From NCBI GenBank assembly GCA_965235115.1, contig OZ249439.1, forward strand, positions 5,146,001 through 5,210,000: a stretch of 64,000 bases of DNA. The letters run 5' to 3'. This DNA comes from Laetmonice hystrix (lineage: Eukaryota). A model generated the notes under the pieces. The model was given only the letters and a program-made list of their open reading frames with translations, searched no databases and had not been told where the DNA came from. Below are positions 52,709-64,000 of this stretch, in pieces. How positions within the stretch are numbered: position 1 is the first letter of the stretch; each line of letters begins with the position of its first letter. The translations under genes were made by a program, and so were the position numbers.

Positions 52709-55679
52709 CCAAGAACTGGCGAAGTATCTCAGCTAAGCCGATATGAGGGCAGCCGACCGGCGACTTTATACCAGCGATACAAAACGGCACAGAACTCTGT
52801 TAGAAGTGATGAAACATGCCTGAAACTTTTCATACGGGTCTTCACTCTTATTATAAATAGCATGTAGTTACGATTTCTGTAGGAATAATGGAATTAATAT
52901 TGCACATTTTGAGTGCACAAAGCCTGGGCACAAAGGGTATGAATGGTGTATGAAGAAAGGTCGTTTCGCATGTTGTCAATGAATAGGTTATTTTGGAGGT
53001 AACAATTGATGAGCACCATATTGCATGACATGCCCGTCGACCATAAAAAATGTTGATGTTTCGTACATCTGGGATGGTTTATTTTGTTTTCTTTTGTTGG
53101 GAGATGCTTTTATTTCTGTTCCCATTTCAAATATGTCCGCTTGAACCTCCAGGCTTATATATATCTTTGTACACCTCGGTCACATTTGGAATCCGCAAAC
53201 CTAGGGGTTGTCAAATGTAGACACTAATAATAAAAAAAAGGAGTGAGGAATAAACAGCGTGTTGTACCGGATCTGCCTCCAGGATGACGTCATTGGTTCA
53301 TGTTCAATGTCACTAAAAGGTGTGACGGATCGGATACGTACCGGAACAGATAAAGAATCCGAAGATATGAGAGGATGATAATGGTTGGGTACCGTATAAT
53401 ATTATTAGAGGAATGTCAAACAGGAAACGCACCGTCGTTGCGAGCCACAAACTTGGAGGATTATGAAAAAAGTAAATACCGTCAAAACATTCCTTAATTA
53501 ATAATAATCACCCCCAAGATATTAACTCTTGTCAATTAATTAAAATAACATCTTTTTCTTTTCTCAACGAACCGACAAAAATCCTTTACTTTTGAATACA
53601 ACTGTCCCAAAGTTTATTGTTAAAATGCCAGAAAATCTGGCAATGTTGTTAGTGAGTGTGGATTACACAGAAACCGTCGTCGAAAGCCTGACTAATTACA
53701 AATTTACCAGCGGGTAAATCAGTGGATCAGTGCTCAGGCCTAACAACGCTATTGCGTTGATTGTAGTTTGAACAACCTTTCTTAAGTAATATCTACCCCA
53801 CCCAACTCATCAAGTACAGCTACAGTAGTACGTACGATTTCTTTGTGCCTGATCCGAGCACCTAGGAAGGATGCAGGGGTGAATCCTGGGATTTTTATTT
53901 GATGATTTAAGGTGTCAGATTACTATATACCTATTATGTATACACCTAGATATCATAACATGTTACTTCCCACAAAAATATATTTAAATTTAAATGATTA
54001 AATCCCGTTTTATGCTCTTTCAAGGGCCCTGCACAAGTATTACCTGGTTAAAGATCTTTGGCTGTATGCTCCAATAATATAGGCCTAAACCCGTATGACA
54101 GAAGTGGTGAATGGCCCACATTCATGAGGAAAATTAAAAGTTTTCCACTGTGAATCCTTGACAATAAGGAGTGTGTGTATGGGTGTGCGTGTTCATATAA
54201 AATATAAATTGCAATGTAGCAATATGACATGGGGGCAGTGCCTGGTACGTCCAACTGTACACTAATGACCAGGATTGGTACAAATACGGTGGCCTGCATG
54301 GCCATTTCCTATGACTAACGATATTTAACGTAAATACAAATGCAGCTCAACCAGTTTACTAAGTGATGCTCTCCTGTAATTAGACAGGATATTTTACGGC
54401 ATATGAATATAGATACATGGACGTATGGCCAAACCAATAAATGACGCCCAATTTACATGAATAAAGGGACGTCCAGCATCGGACTCCAATGGTCAGTGAA
54501 CAAGGTAGGGCATGAATATATGAATACATGGCTGGATAGATAAATAAACAATGAATAAATTGGGAGCGATTGCAAAATAACGGTTTTTAATATACATAGT
54601 ATAGGGCGGGTTTTGATCATTTATCTTATATAAATTCACCACACATAACGGTTGCCTTATCTAACTACATCATATATTAGTTTCCTAAATACTTTTAGAT
54701 ATTAGATTATGTTTCACTTTCCTGAATACTTCCGGTGGGTTTTAACGACTGACATTAAATAGTAGATCCCAAGTAAAGTCTCCGTACGTGTTTCTGATGA
54801 TATCGTCCAAAATGGCAGACAGGACATACCTACATTGTCTAGGTAAGACTAGGTACGTTAGGGGAGTTTTCTCTGGACAACATTAGAAACAGTATCAGAT
54901 ATTCTACAAATGTCCTTGGTGTGCAGATAAAATACCTGACGAGGGTGAACTCGTTGACCTGAGTACAGTGACCTTGTAGTCCTGGTTAGACCCATTAATT
55001 GCGAACATTAGAGAATGAATTCCTTATGTGGAATGTCTATTAAAAAACAGTGATGACTGGAAGGCATTGGTGGCACCATTTAGCCGAGGTCGTATAACAC
55101 GATTCCCTTGGATGGAAAGGTCACCAATGATGAAACCAAACTTTAAGAAATGATCACTTCTCATGACGGAACATACAGACAGCTATGTCGTTTCCTTTCT
55201 ATACCAGTATGCTAAAATATATTATCTATTAAAAAAATAATATATGATATATGACCGTAGAAAAGTATATCTGACAGTGTAGGCAAAGACATATTAACAA
55301 GAGATAGCAGATCTGCATGTATTATTTATGCACAATCCATTGTAGGAGACAGATCAGCTCCACACCATAAATCAGATTGTATTAGTTCTGTACACATTGC
55401 TACCTACTCCCTCTCACAAGTAACAAGTTACTCTCCTGATCGAGAATATCCATTTGTCTGCGACAGCCCAGCGTCCCTCCCGAGCTCAGTGCCTGTCTTT
55501 GTCCATACATTATATGACATTTATCTCGAGTTCTCAGTAAGATTACGTGTCAGTTGTATCACAGGCGCCGACGCCTCTAGGACTTGTGCCTCATAGAAGA
55601 TGCTTCATAAACATGTGTCGGTAGATGTCCCATCGTAGCCTTATCACAAGAAATCTATCACTAATCTGAAACACAAATA

Positions 55680-56325
55680 TAACCCTAGCCCTCAACCTCG
55701 GTTCTCGTACCTCCTCACAAAACGTATCTCTATCCCTAGCCTTGCCTATCTCCCTAACTCTAGCCCTCAACCTCGGTTCTCGTACCTCCTCACAAAACGT
55801 ATCTCTATCCCTAGCCTTGGCTATCTCCCTAACCCTAGCCCTCAACCTCGGTTCTCGTACCTCCTTACAAAACGTATCTCTATCCCTAGCCTTGCCTATC
55901 TCCCTAGCCCTCAACCTCGGTTCTCGTACCTCCTTACAAAACGTATCTCTATCCCTAGCCTTGCCTATCTCCCTAACTCTAAGCTCGGTTTCCGTACCTC
56001 CTCATAAAACTGATCTCTATCCCTGGCCTTGCCTATCTCCCTAACTCTAACCTCGGTTTCCGTGTCTCCTCATAAAACTGATCTCTATCCTATAGCCTTG
56101 CCTATCTCCCTAACCCTAGCCCTCAACCTCGATTCTCGTACCTCCTCACAAAACGTATCTCTATCCCTAGCCTTGCCTATCTCCCTAACTCTAACCTCGG
56201 TTTCCGTATCTCCTCATAAAACTGATCTCTATCCCTAGCCTTGCCTATCTCCCTAACTCTAACCTCGGTTTCCGTATCTCCTCATAAAACTGATCTCTAT
56301 CCCTAGCCTTGCCTATCTCACTACC
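55680..56325. repeat. 69-75 bp minisatellite (about 9 copies) rich in CCCTAA/CCCTAG/CTCTAA hexamers
   Basis: TAGCCCTC anchors at 55686, 55761, 55836 and 55905. A second subtype carrying CATAAAACTGATCTC appears toward the right. Confidence 0.92.
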
Positions 56326-56901
56326 CTTGTGTCGAAAGCTCTCCTATTGCTGGTACGGGGTACTGGTAATATTGTATGGAAGCTACCGTCTCAGTTTCTA
56401 CAGTATTGCCTGAAGACAGAAATGATGTACAACCTGTTTAGATGAGTCTAACAATGCCCTCTGAGTTCAACACTGAAACTATATAAGCGGCTTTTAAATG
56501 ACAATTAACTCTGAGTATCTCATAGCTGCGGGGCTTTTTACGTCAGCCGGATACTTAATTTAAAGTCATAGTGCTCACGTCATTATGTAAATATAAACAT
56601 CTTACTGAATAACTTGAAAAGTCATGTGTCCGTGTATTTACATCGCAGAAATAATGTGTCCGACAGTAATATTTCTTTAAAAACCTGTGTTGTATTGGCT
56701 GGCCCAATAATATTTGCTTTCAAAAATTGACATGTCTCCCAAATCCCAATCGTGATGTTGCAGGTAACAATTGACCTTTTGACCTTGCCACACTCGATGA
56801 TGTGCCCTCTAACCGGTGCCGTCCGTGACCTCTAGGCCCAGAGTCCGTGACCTCCCGTTTGTCTACTATAAAAGCCCGAGCGAGACAACAACGATGAGGC
56901 A

Positions 56902-57325
56902 GACTACAATGGTTGGGAGTGGCACTCTGAACGGACTGCCTCTGGCGACTTGCGATCAGCCACCATTCACGACTGGCTGAGGAGATCGACTACTATGGCT
57001 GGGAGTGGCACTTTGAATGGACTGCCTCTGGCGACTTCCGATCAGCCACCATCCACGACTGGCTGAGGAGATCGACTACTATGGCTGGGAGTGGCACTCT
57101 GAATGGACTGCCTCTGGCGACTTGCGATCAGCCACCATCCACGACTGGCTGAGGAGATCGACTACTATGGCTGGGAGTGGCACTCTGAATGGACTGACTC
57201 TGGCGACTTGCGATCAGCCACCATCCACGACTGGCTGAGGAGATCGACTACTATGGCTGGGAGTGGCACTCTGAATGGACTGACTCTGGCGACTTGCGAC
57301 CTGCCACCATCCACGACTGGCTGAG
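56902..57325. repeat. 86-bp tandem repeat x5
   Basis: GACTAC anchors at 56902, 56988, 57074, 57160 and 57246. Confidence 0.95.
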
Positions 57326-58176
57326 AAGACCAATTAAGGCACTCCAAACCGAACGACTTGGTGGTCACACGTATCCCAGTCTCCCAACTATTAGTTTTCT
57401 ATCTATGTTAATATCAATGATGCCCAAACCACAGCTGGTCAGTCCCAATACGTCACGCCATACTCTGCTCAGTTCGTCTGGTATTGGACGCTCTACAGGC
57501 CGGCCATATAAGGGGAGGACCATTTAATATGGAGAGGAGATATTGTTTTTCTTTATCTACAAACTTTTTATTATTGCCAAAAACAAATAAGAACGTGATT
57601 CCCTCGCGTGCGTTAATTTATTTTAGATGTGTGGTGAGGACAAACAACGTCTTCACCAGTTTCTTAACAAACTTAAGACAAAATATATCCCCCGGGTATC
57701 CAATAGCCCTCGGCTAAAGTACTTGAGGCCCCGTCCCATTCACTGCCCGCTGGTCTGGCGGTCTGGGCGCTAAGGATGGACGACAGTCTTGTTAAATGTT
57801 GGCTGATACGGCTCGCATATTAAACTGAATAACTACCTACAAATACACTGGAGGAATCCGATCAAGTTATAAGTGGGTTTTTGTATACTATGATTAAAAA
57901 TGTACTTTGAGTTCGTACTGATAGTTATCCTGATTAGTATTCGACCGACACAGCACAACGTCAGGTTGTATTGCAATTTTACACCCATCGTGTACGAACA
58001 TATAAATCAAGGTATACTCTGTATTAATATCCCGGACGGTCGTACGGAATTGGAGGATTAAAAACTCCAGACTGGGACGGATGTAATAAGTAGCGAAAGC
58101 GTATATTCTACTGACAGCTCTAATAGTAGCTGACGTAATGATTCCTCTTACTTTACATATTGTTATGAAAACCCAA

Positions 58177-58336
58177 CATCATAAACTTGACTGGCTACAG
58201 TAACAGTTCATCATAAACTTGACTGGCTACAGTAACAGTTCATCATCAACTTGACTGGCTACAGTAACAGTTCATCATAAACTTGACTGGCTACAGTAAC
58301 AGTTCATCATAAACTTGACTGGCTACAGTAACAGTT
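58177..58336. repeat. 32-bp tandem repeat x5 (CATCATAAACTTGACTGGCTACAGTAACAGTT)
   Basis: Period 32 (58177, 58209, 58241). Confidence 0.95.
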
Positions 58337-60094
58337 CTGCTGACTAACTAATCATATTTTTCATGTATGTATCTCCACGCGTAGCTGATGTAAATACCGG
58401 TAATTGGAACTTGATGACGTTAAATGTTGTTTCCGGGCAAGTGGAGGCAGTGAAATTAATATTTTCCGGTTATGTAAAGCAATAAGATAGCTGGACTGAT
58501 ACAATCTTGTTGAAGGACCATGGTACTCGATACTGTAATCATTACGACTTTCATTAAATGAGTATCATATATTTTTCTTACATATAATTGTCACTTGATG
58601 TCAAATGAAGCAGAGAACTATTACAATTGTATAAAGTTCTAAGTATTAAGTCTACAAGTCTCTCCTGTATTAGGTTCTGTTCCGTGCCGATTAAATCTAA
58701 CCATTTAAATATCAAAATACAGTAACATCGATTGTAACAAATTTACATACAAAGTACTTTCACTTTGTACTCCAATTTAATTACACAAATTATTTAAGGT
58801 AACTATTCGAATCACTTTACTTTCAGCACACTACATATGCCTTTTTTAGATATATAGCCTGCAAGCACTCAATATGTTAAATACATTTTTCTCAGACGAC
58901 GTGTTGTTCATTTATTCATAGATTAGGATTTCAGTTGTCTCCTGCAGGCATCCTTATTTGAAAAATTCCCTCGACATTAAAGGAAAGAATTAGTAACAAA
59001 ATGTTATCCTATATAACAAAGGGACGTTCCCTTTTGTCTCTTCAAGGCTCGATCATTAAGGCCGGGTTTTAGCATCCATCACAGAATTATTTGTAACACA
59101 ATGGGATTCTTCTCGCGTAGCTACAACTGTCGTTCCTGTAGGCATGGATCTTTGACAAATTGTTCTGCTCTCCGACCTGCCTAACCGCCATACGGCAGGC
59201 CCCTGTGTCTGTGGGGGTGGGTGTGTATGTGTGGCAAGGGGTGTTTTGGTAGTGCGGCCCTTGTTAAAAATATTGAGTATTCAGGGGGCTAGGAGGGGCC
59301 CAAAATGTGTAGGCATAATCGGCCTACTACCACAAAGACCTAGCTGCCAACGACATTGTGTAGGGTCTTCAAGCCTAAACCTGTCTCCCATCTCTCTGGG
59401 GCAGAGCCCCCCCCCCCTAGGTCACAAGTTATGACAAAACCTCCACCTGACAACACCTGCCGTGTTAAAACCTGACACATGAAACAGATAATTGTGTATC
59501 ACCAGCACTTCATTCTTAACTACCAATCCTAATGTGGTCCTGACCTTCAACCCCAAGTATTACAAGACGTTCAGGATATCTGTCAACTGAAATACAGAAA
59601 GCCAGATACAGAAGCTCGACCTTGTTGTACTGTAGATGCCACAGGCGACTGGGCAAGCTCCTAAAGGTACAGTACATTTACGTGTTGATTTATACATAGG
59701 TCATGAAAATTTCAAGGGGTTTTACCAGCAAACAGATAATCAGTCTTCCCCCCACAGCAGTGTTTTTTAAACGGTTAATGCATGAGATGACCGTACAGAC
59801 AGGCCGAATGTTTTATTAATTAGTCCCTCTTCACCCTTCATGTCTACTTCCGCTGTCCATATACTCCAACATTACGTACTCCCAATTATGAAGAAATTAA
59901 ACGGAATGTATGCACTAAACAGGCTGTCAACGATGATCGCAATGTATTAGGAGAGCATAAATAAAAGATGTTTTCAACTCTCCCGATGCCAACGTACGTC
60001 ACACTTTGCAGTAGGCTGTTGAGCTCTCAAACTAAAAGTGTTTTCCTGTTGGGTAAATTAACATACAGAAATATCGTTTTAATATTAATATTTA

Positions 60095-60239
60095 ATCCGT
60101 ATACCTCACAATCCGGACACACTTTCTGGTAACCTCTTCTACCATTTTCTGTTTAAAATGATTCAGTAATCCGTATATTTTACAAACTGAACACATATTA
60201 ATGAGCACCAACTGTTCGGATAAACGAGGTCTGACTGTA
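60095..60239. mobile_element. Tc1/mariner-pogo-like MITE relic (right end clear, left end decayed)
   Basis: Right end GTTCGGATAAACGAGGTCTGACTG|TA reads TA|CAGTCAGACCTCGTTTATCCGAAC in reverse complement. A related CCTCACAATCCGGACAC lies at about 60105. Confidence 0.45.
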
Positions 60240-61710
60240 CACAGAAATATAATAACAACTGTACACTTTTCTTCTTCGTAACTTCGGAATCAAATATACA
60301 CGAGCCCTACTTCCATAGATTACTGCAATCAACAGTCACCCGTCTAACTTGAAATAATATATACCGAGTTCCGGGAAGTTTCAGTGTATAGGCCTAGCTA
60401 GCTTGATGAATTATGTATGGTTCGCAATAGAAAATAACATTAGATTTTCTGAGATATTGGCAGAAGGAATCTCGACAACAAACACGTGACTTGAGAAGGG
60501 CCCCAAGGCCTGACAAATGTACTACTACGGGCAACCTTCGTACTTTAGATGTGACAATAATTTGATTGGGAGTTCCAGACACATCCCAGGAACATCATGC
60601 ATTGGTCATAAGCCAAACAGTATAGAAGGTCTGGAGCCAGGTAAGTTGGTTAGACTCTGAGAACGCCAAGACGGCCTGTTCTCCTGCCTTAGCGCATGGC
60701 AGGTATAAATCTATCCTCCCCATACAGATGAAAATTGTCTTGAGAAAAGGCGCACATTGAATACATCAGTATCAATTAACCTACTTTTGTTTCTTACCAC
60801 TTTAGTGCCCTACCAGGGAAGTAAAGACCTAGGTAGCGGGAGTCCATATCATGGTCAATAAACCCTATCGCCTCGACAACTTGAGGCAAAACAACCAAAC
60901 AACCATAAATATTACACTTGGTCATTTATCTTTATATTTAACTGAAATTTACAGAGCTTTTCGCAATTCGTTCCACCAGTGTAATAACATAATGCAGCAA
61001 ACGATTAAGAAGTTAACTTGATTTAAGGAAAGTATTACTCATGGAGAATAGATAATGACCTCTCCACTTTGGTTAGTAAACTATAGCGCATCTATTAACT
61101 TCGAAGAGCTCACAATTTCTGGAAGACTCAGTAAATACTACTGTGTCATTACTGGTCTTTCCTGTCTTTGAATAAATAAATGAGACAAACGTGCCCGAGT
61201 AAAGAATACATTATTTTTATAGTGTTGGGATCCACTTAAATTACAAACACCGTCACATCAAAATATTTTAAAACTATTTACTTCGGGCAAATTGCTTTAA
61301 TCTTTTGATGATGTTAACACTGTTTTCTACTTTTGCAAAACTTTAATAAACTTCCTTTTTACTGCACACGAACCTTCGGGGATTCGTTTATATTTGCAAA
61401 ACACAAAAACAGTCTTTAAACCAGGCCCCATCAGGCATTCCCATACGACAACCAAGTTTTCTACTACGTAAAGATATCTAAATACGTGTACAGGACCCTT
61501 GGTGTAAATCAGTATTTTCAACTGGAAACTTCTCCTGTAAGACTATCAATGATGGACCCTTGCCGGCTGCCAACTATGTCTAGTTAATTAAGGCAGGTGC
61601 TCAATTAGAGGACTTCTCGACTTAACATCAGTTAGTGTCAGTTGTCTTCGGCAAACGCGCGAGTCGGTGGGGTTTTGTGTACTGAAGTACTGAAATGAAT
61701 GGAACCATCT

Positions 61711-61832
61711 GCACTAGCCGCGCGCGACGCGCGCGACATTTTTTGTGACGCGCTCCATTCATTTCCATTACTTCTTTAAAAAAACGCGCGCGTCGCTCGC
61801 GTCGCACGCGTCCAGTGAGGATACAGCTTTAA
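61711..61832. mobile_element. CpG-rich inverted-repeat MITE relic
   Basis: CACTAGCCGCGCGCGACGCGCGCGAC (61712-61737) versus the reverse complement of the right arm, CACTGGACGCGTGCGACGCGAGCGAC. Confidence 0.55.
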
Positions 61833-62595
61833 CGGGAATATTGAATATTGTGTCCCCCCCCCCCCGACAAACAACGTGACTGTCACTAACGTTGATGAAT
61901 CTGTCTTCTCTTTTTTCTTCTTCTTCTCTTTTTTTTGTTTTTTTTTTGTTGGGGGGGGGGGGGGTCGATATATTCCTTTGATCCCTATAATGTCTGTGAT
62001 ATTCCGAATTTTCTAACGGTACAAACCTTTCGCTTACTTCCATCTAACTGTCAGGTTATACCGACTAAAACTTCCACATCCCTGATATCTTCACATGTAC
62101 TATGCTCAGGAAATTTGTCCTAACTGCCAGCGGAACTAGCAAACTGTCATTTTGCCGCCAACAACTATGTGGCGGTAATCCCCTCAGATAACAAGGTAGG
62201 TTGGCAAGAATTCCCTTCGCTATCCAGTTTCTGCTCGTCACATGTCACAAGTGCTCAGTGCATTCTCTCCAAGCTTTTACAGAATTATTTAGTTGATAAC
62301 GGATCTATGGGTTCCAGAAACATTCTCACCCGAAAAGTAAGGCTGATTACATGTAAAGTTAAATCAGTAAGCCTACACACCAAGATTCCCTTCACCCTGT
62401 GAGCTGGTACTGAATCACAGGCCACATCGCGGGTAAAACAGCGCACAGATTGTCATATTTGTAATTCTGGAACAGAAGGATTGTCAAACTAATTATACCT
62501 TCTGAGGTGCAATTCACCTTGCGACACATATGACTAAAATATATCCCTCGGAAAAAACGGGTCGTAGATCCTGGCCTTTAGCGTTTCCTTCTGCA

Positions 62596-64000
62596 GGTAT
62601 TGGCCAGCCATGGGGGAGACCAGTTTCTGGGTATGCAGAGATTGGCCAGCCATTGGGGAGACCAGTTTCCGGGTATGCAGAGATTGGTCAGCCATTGGGG
62701 AGACCAGTTTCTGGGTATGCAGAGATTGGCCAGCCATTGGGGAGACCAGTTTCCGGGTATGCAGAGATTGGTCAGCCATTGGGGAGACCAGTTTCTGGGT
62801 ATGCAGAGATTGGCCAGCCATTGGGGAGACCAGTTTCCGGGTATGCAGAGATTGGCAAGCCATTGGGGAGAGTTTCCGGGTATGCAGAGATTGGCCAGCC
62901 ATTGGGGAGACCAGTTTCTTGGTATATGCAGAGATTGGTCAGCCATTGGGGAGACCAGTTTCTGGGTATGCAGAGATTAGTCAGCCATTGGGGAGACCAG
63001 TTTCTGGGTATGCAGATATTGGCCAGCCATTGGGGAGACCAGTTTCCGGGTATGCAGAGATTGGCAAGCCATTGGGGAGAGTTTCCGGGTATGCAGAGAT
63101 TGGCCAGCCATTGGGGAGACCAGTTTCTGGGTATGCAGAGATTGGTCAGCCATTGGGGAGACCAGTTTCTGGGTATGCAGAGATTGGTCAGCCATTGGGG
63201 AGACCAGTTTCTGGGTATGCAGAGATTGGCCAGCCATTGGGGAGACCAGTTTCTGGGTATGCAGAGATTGGTCAGCCATTGGGGAGACCAGTTTCCGGGT
63301 ATGTAGACATTGGCCAGCCATTGGGGAGACCAGTTTCTGGGTATGCAGAGATTGGTCAGCCATTGGGGAGACCAGTTTCCTGGTATGCAGAGATTGGTCA
63401 GCCATTGGGGAGACCAGTTTCTGGGTATGCAGAGATTGGCCAGCCATTGGGGAGACCAGTTTCCGGGTATGCAGAGATTGGTCAGCCATTGGGGAGACCA
63501 GTTTCCGGGTATGCAGAGATTGGCCAGCCATTGGGGAGACCAGTTTCCGGGTATGCAGAGATTGGTCAGCCATTGGGGAGACCAGTTTCTGGGTATGCAG
63601 AGATTGGCCAGCCATTTGGGGAGACCAGTTTCCGGGTATGCAGAGATTGGCCAGCCATTGGGGAGATCAGTTTCCGGGTATGCAGAGATTGGTCAGCCAT
63701 TGGGGAGACCAGTTTCTGGGTATGCAGAGATTGGCCAGCCATTTGGGGAGACCAGTTTCTGGGTATGCAGAGATTGGTCAGCCATTGGGATGATCAGTTT
63801 CTGGGTATGCAGAGATTGGTCAGCCATTGGGGAGACCAGTTTCTGGGTATGCAGAGATTGGCCAGCCATTGGGGAGACTAGTTTCTGGGTAGAAGCAGAG
63901 ATTTGCCAGCGATTGGGTAGACCAGTTTCCCGGTATGCAGAGATTGGCCAGCCATTGTGGAGACCAGTTTCCCGGTATGCAGAGATTGGTCAGCCATTGG
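62596..64000. repeat. 42-bp minisatellite (GAGATTGGYCAGCCATTGGGGAGACCAGTTTCYGGGTATGCA, at least 33 copies, truncated by the window end)
   Basis: 14-codon periodic ORFs (GRPVSGYAEIGQPL). Units are more degenerate after about 63880. Confidence 0.97.

Noticed and set aside
54938-54965. CTGACGAG plus a short stem, considered as a hammerhead ribozyme core
   Set aside because: The required GAAA after stem II is absent (GTTG instead) and stems I and III were not found.
1-64000. CRISPR-like appearance of the regular repeats
   Set aside because: The units are head-to-tail with no unique spacers, no cas genes are present, and the context is eukaryotic.

Overview
Repeat-dominated, apparently non-genic eukaryotic DNA, most likely from an invertebrate animal (inferred from the repeat and transposon types). 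I recognise no host gene, rRNA, tRNA or CRISPR array. About one third of the window (roughly 20 kb) is about 20 unrelated minisatellite arrays with units of 20-130 bp, and these account for every long ORF in the ORF track. The most notable structure is a 5.6-kb element (24798-30382, minus strand) with split direct repeats in the order A1-internal-B1-A2-spacer-B2. That order is characteristic of Ngaro/PAT-type tyrosine-recombinase retrotransposons. Its repeat copies look identical by eye. It has a shared ATTTA core at both ends and at the internal B/A junction, and no intact ORF, so it is probably a recently inserted non-autonomous element. It appears to have landed in the Gag zinc knuckle of a decayed Gypsy-like relic. 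An 845-bp TAG...CTA element with a perfect 9-bp target-site duplication splits a 57-bp minisatellite. Also present are several MITEs, a SINE-like head, a LINE RT relic, telomere-like tracts and a few weak candidate exons.
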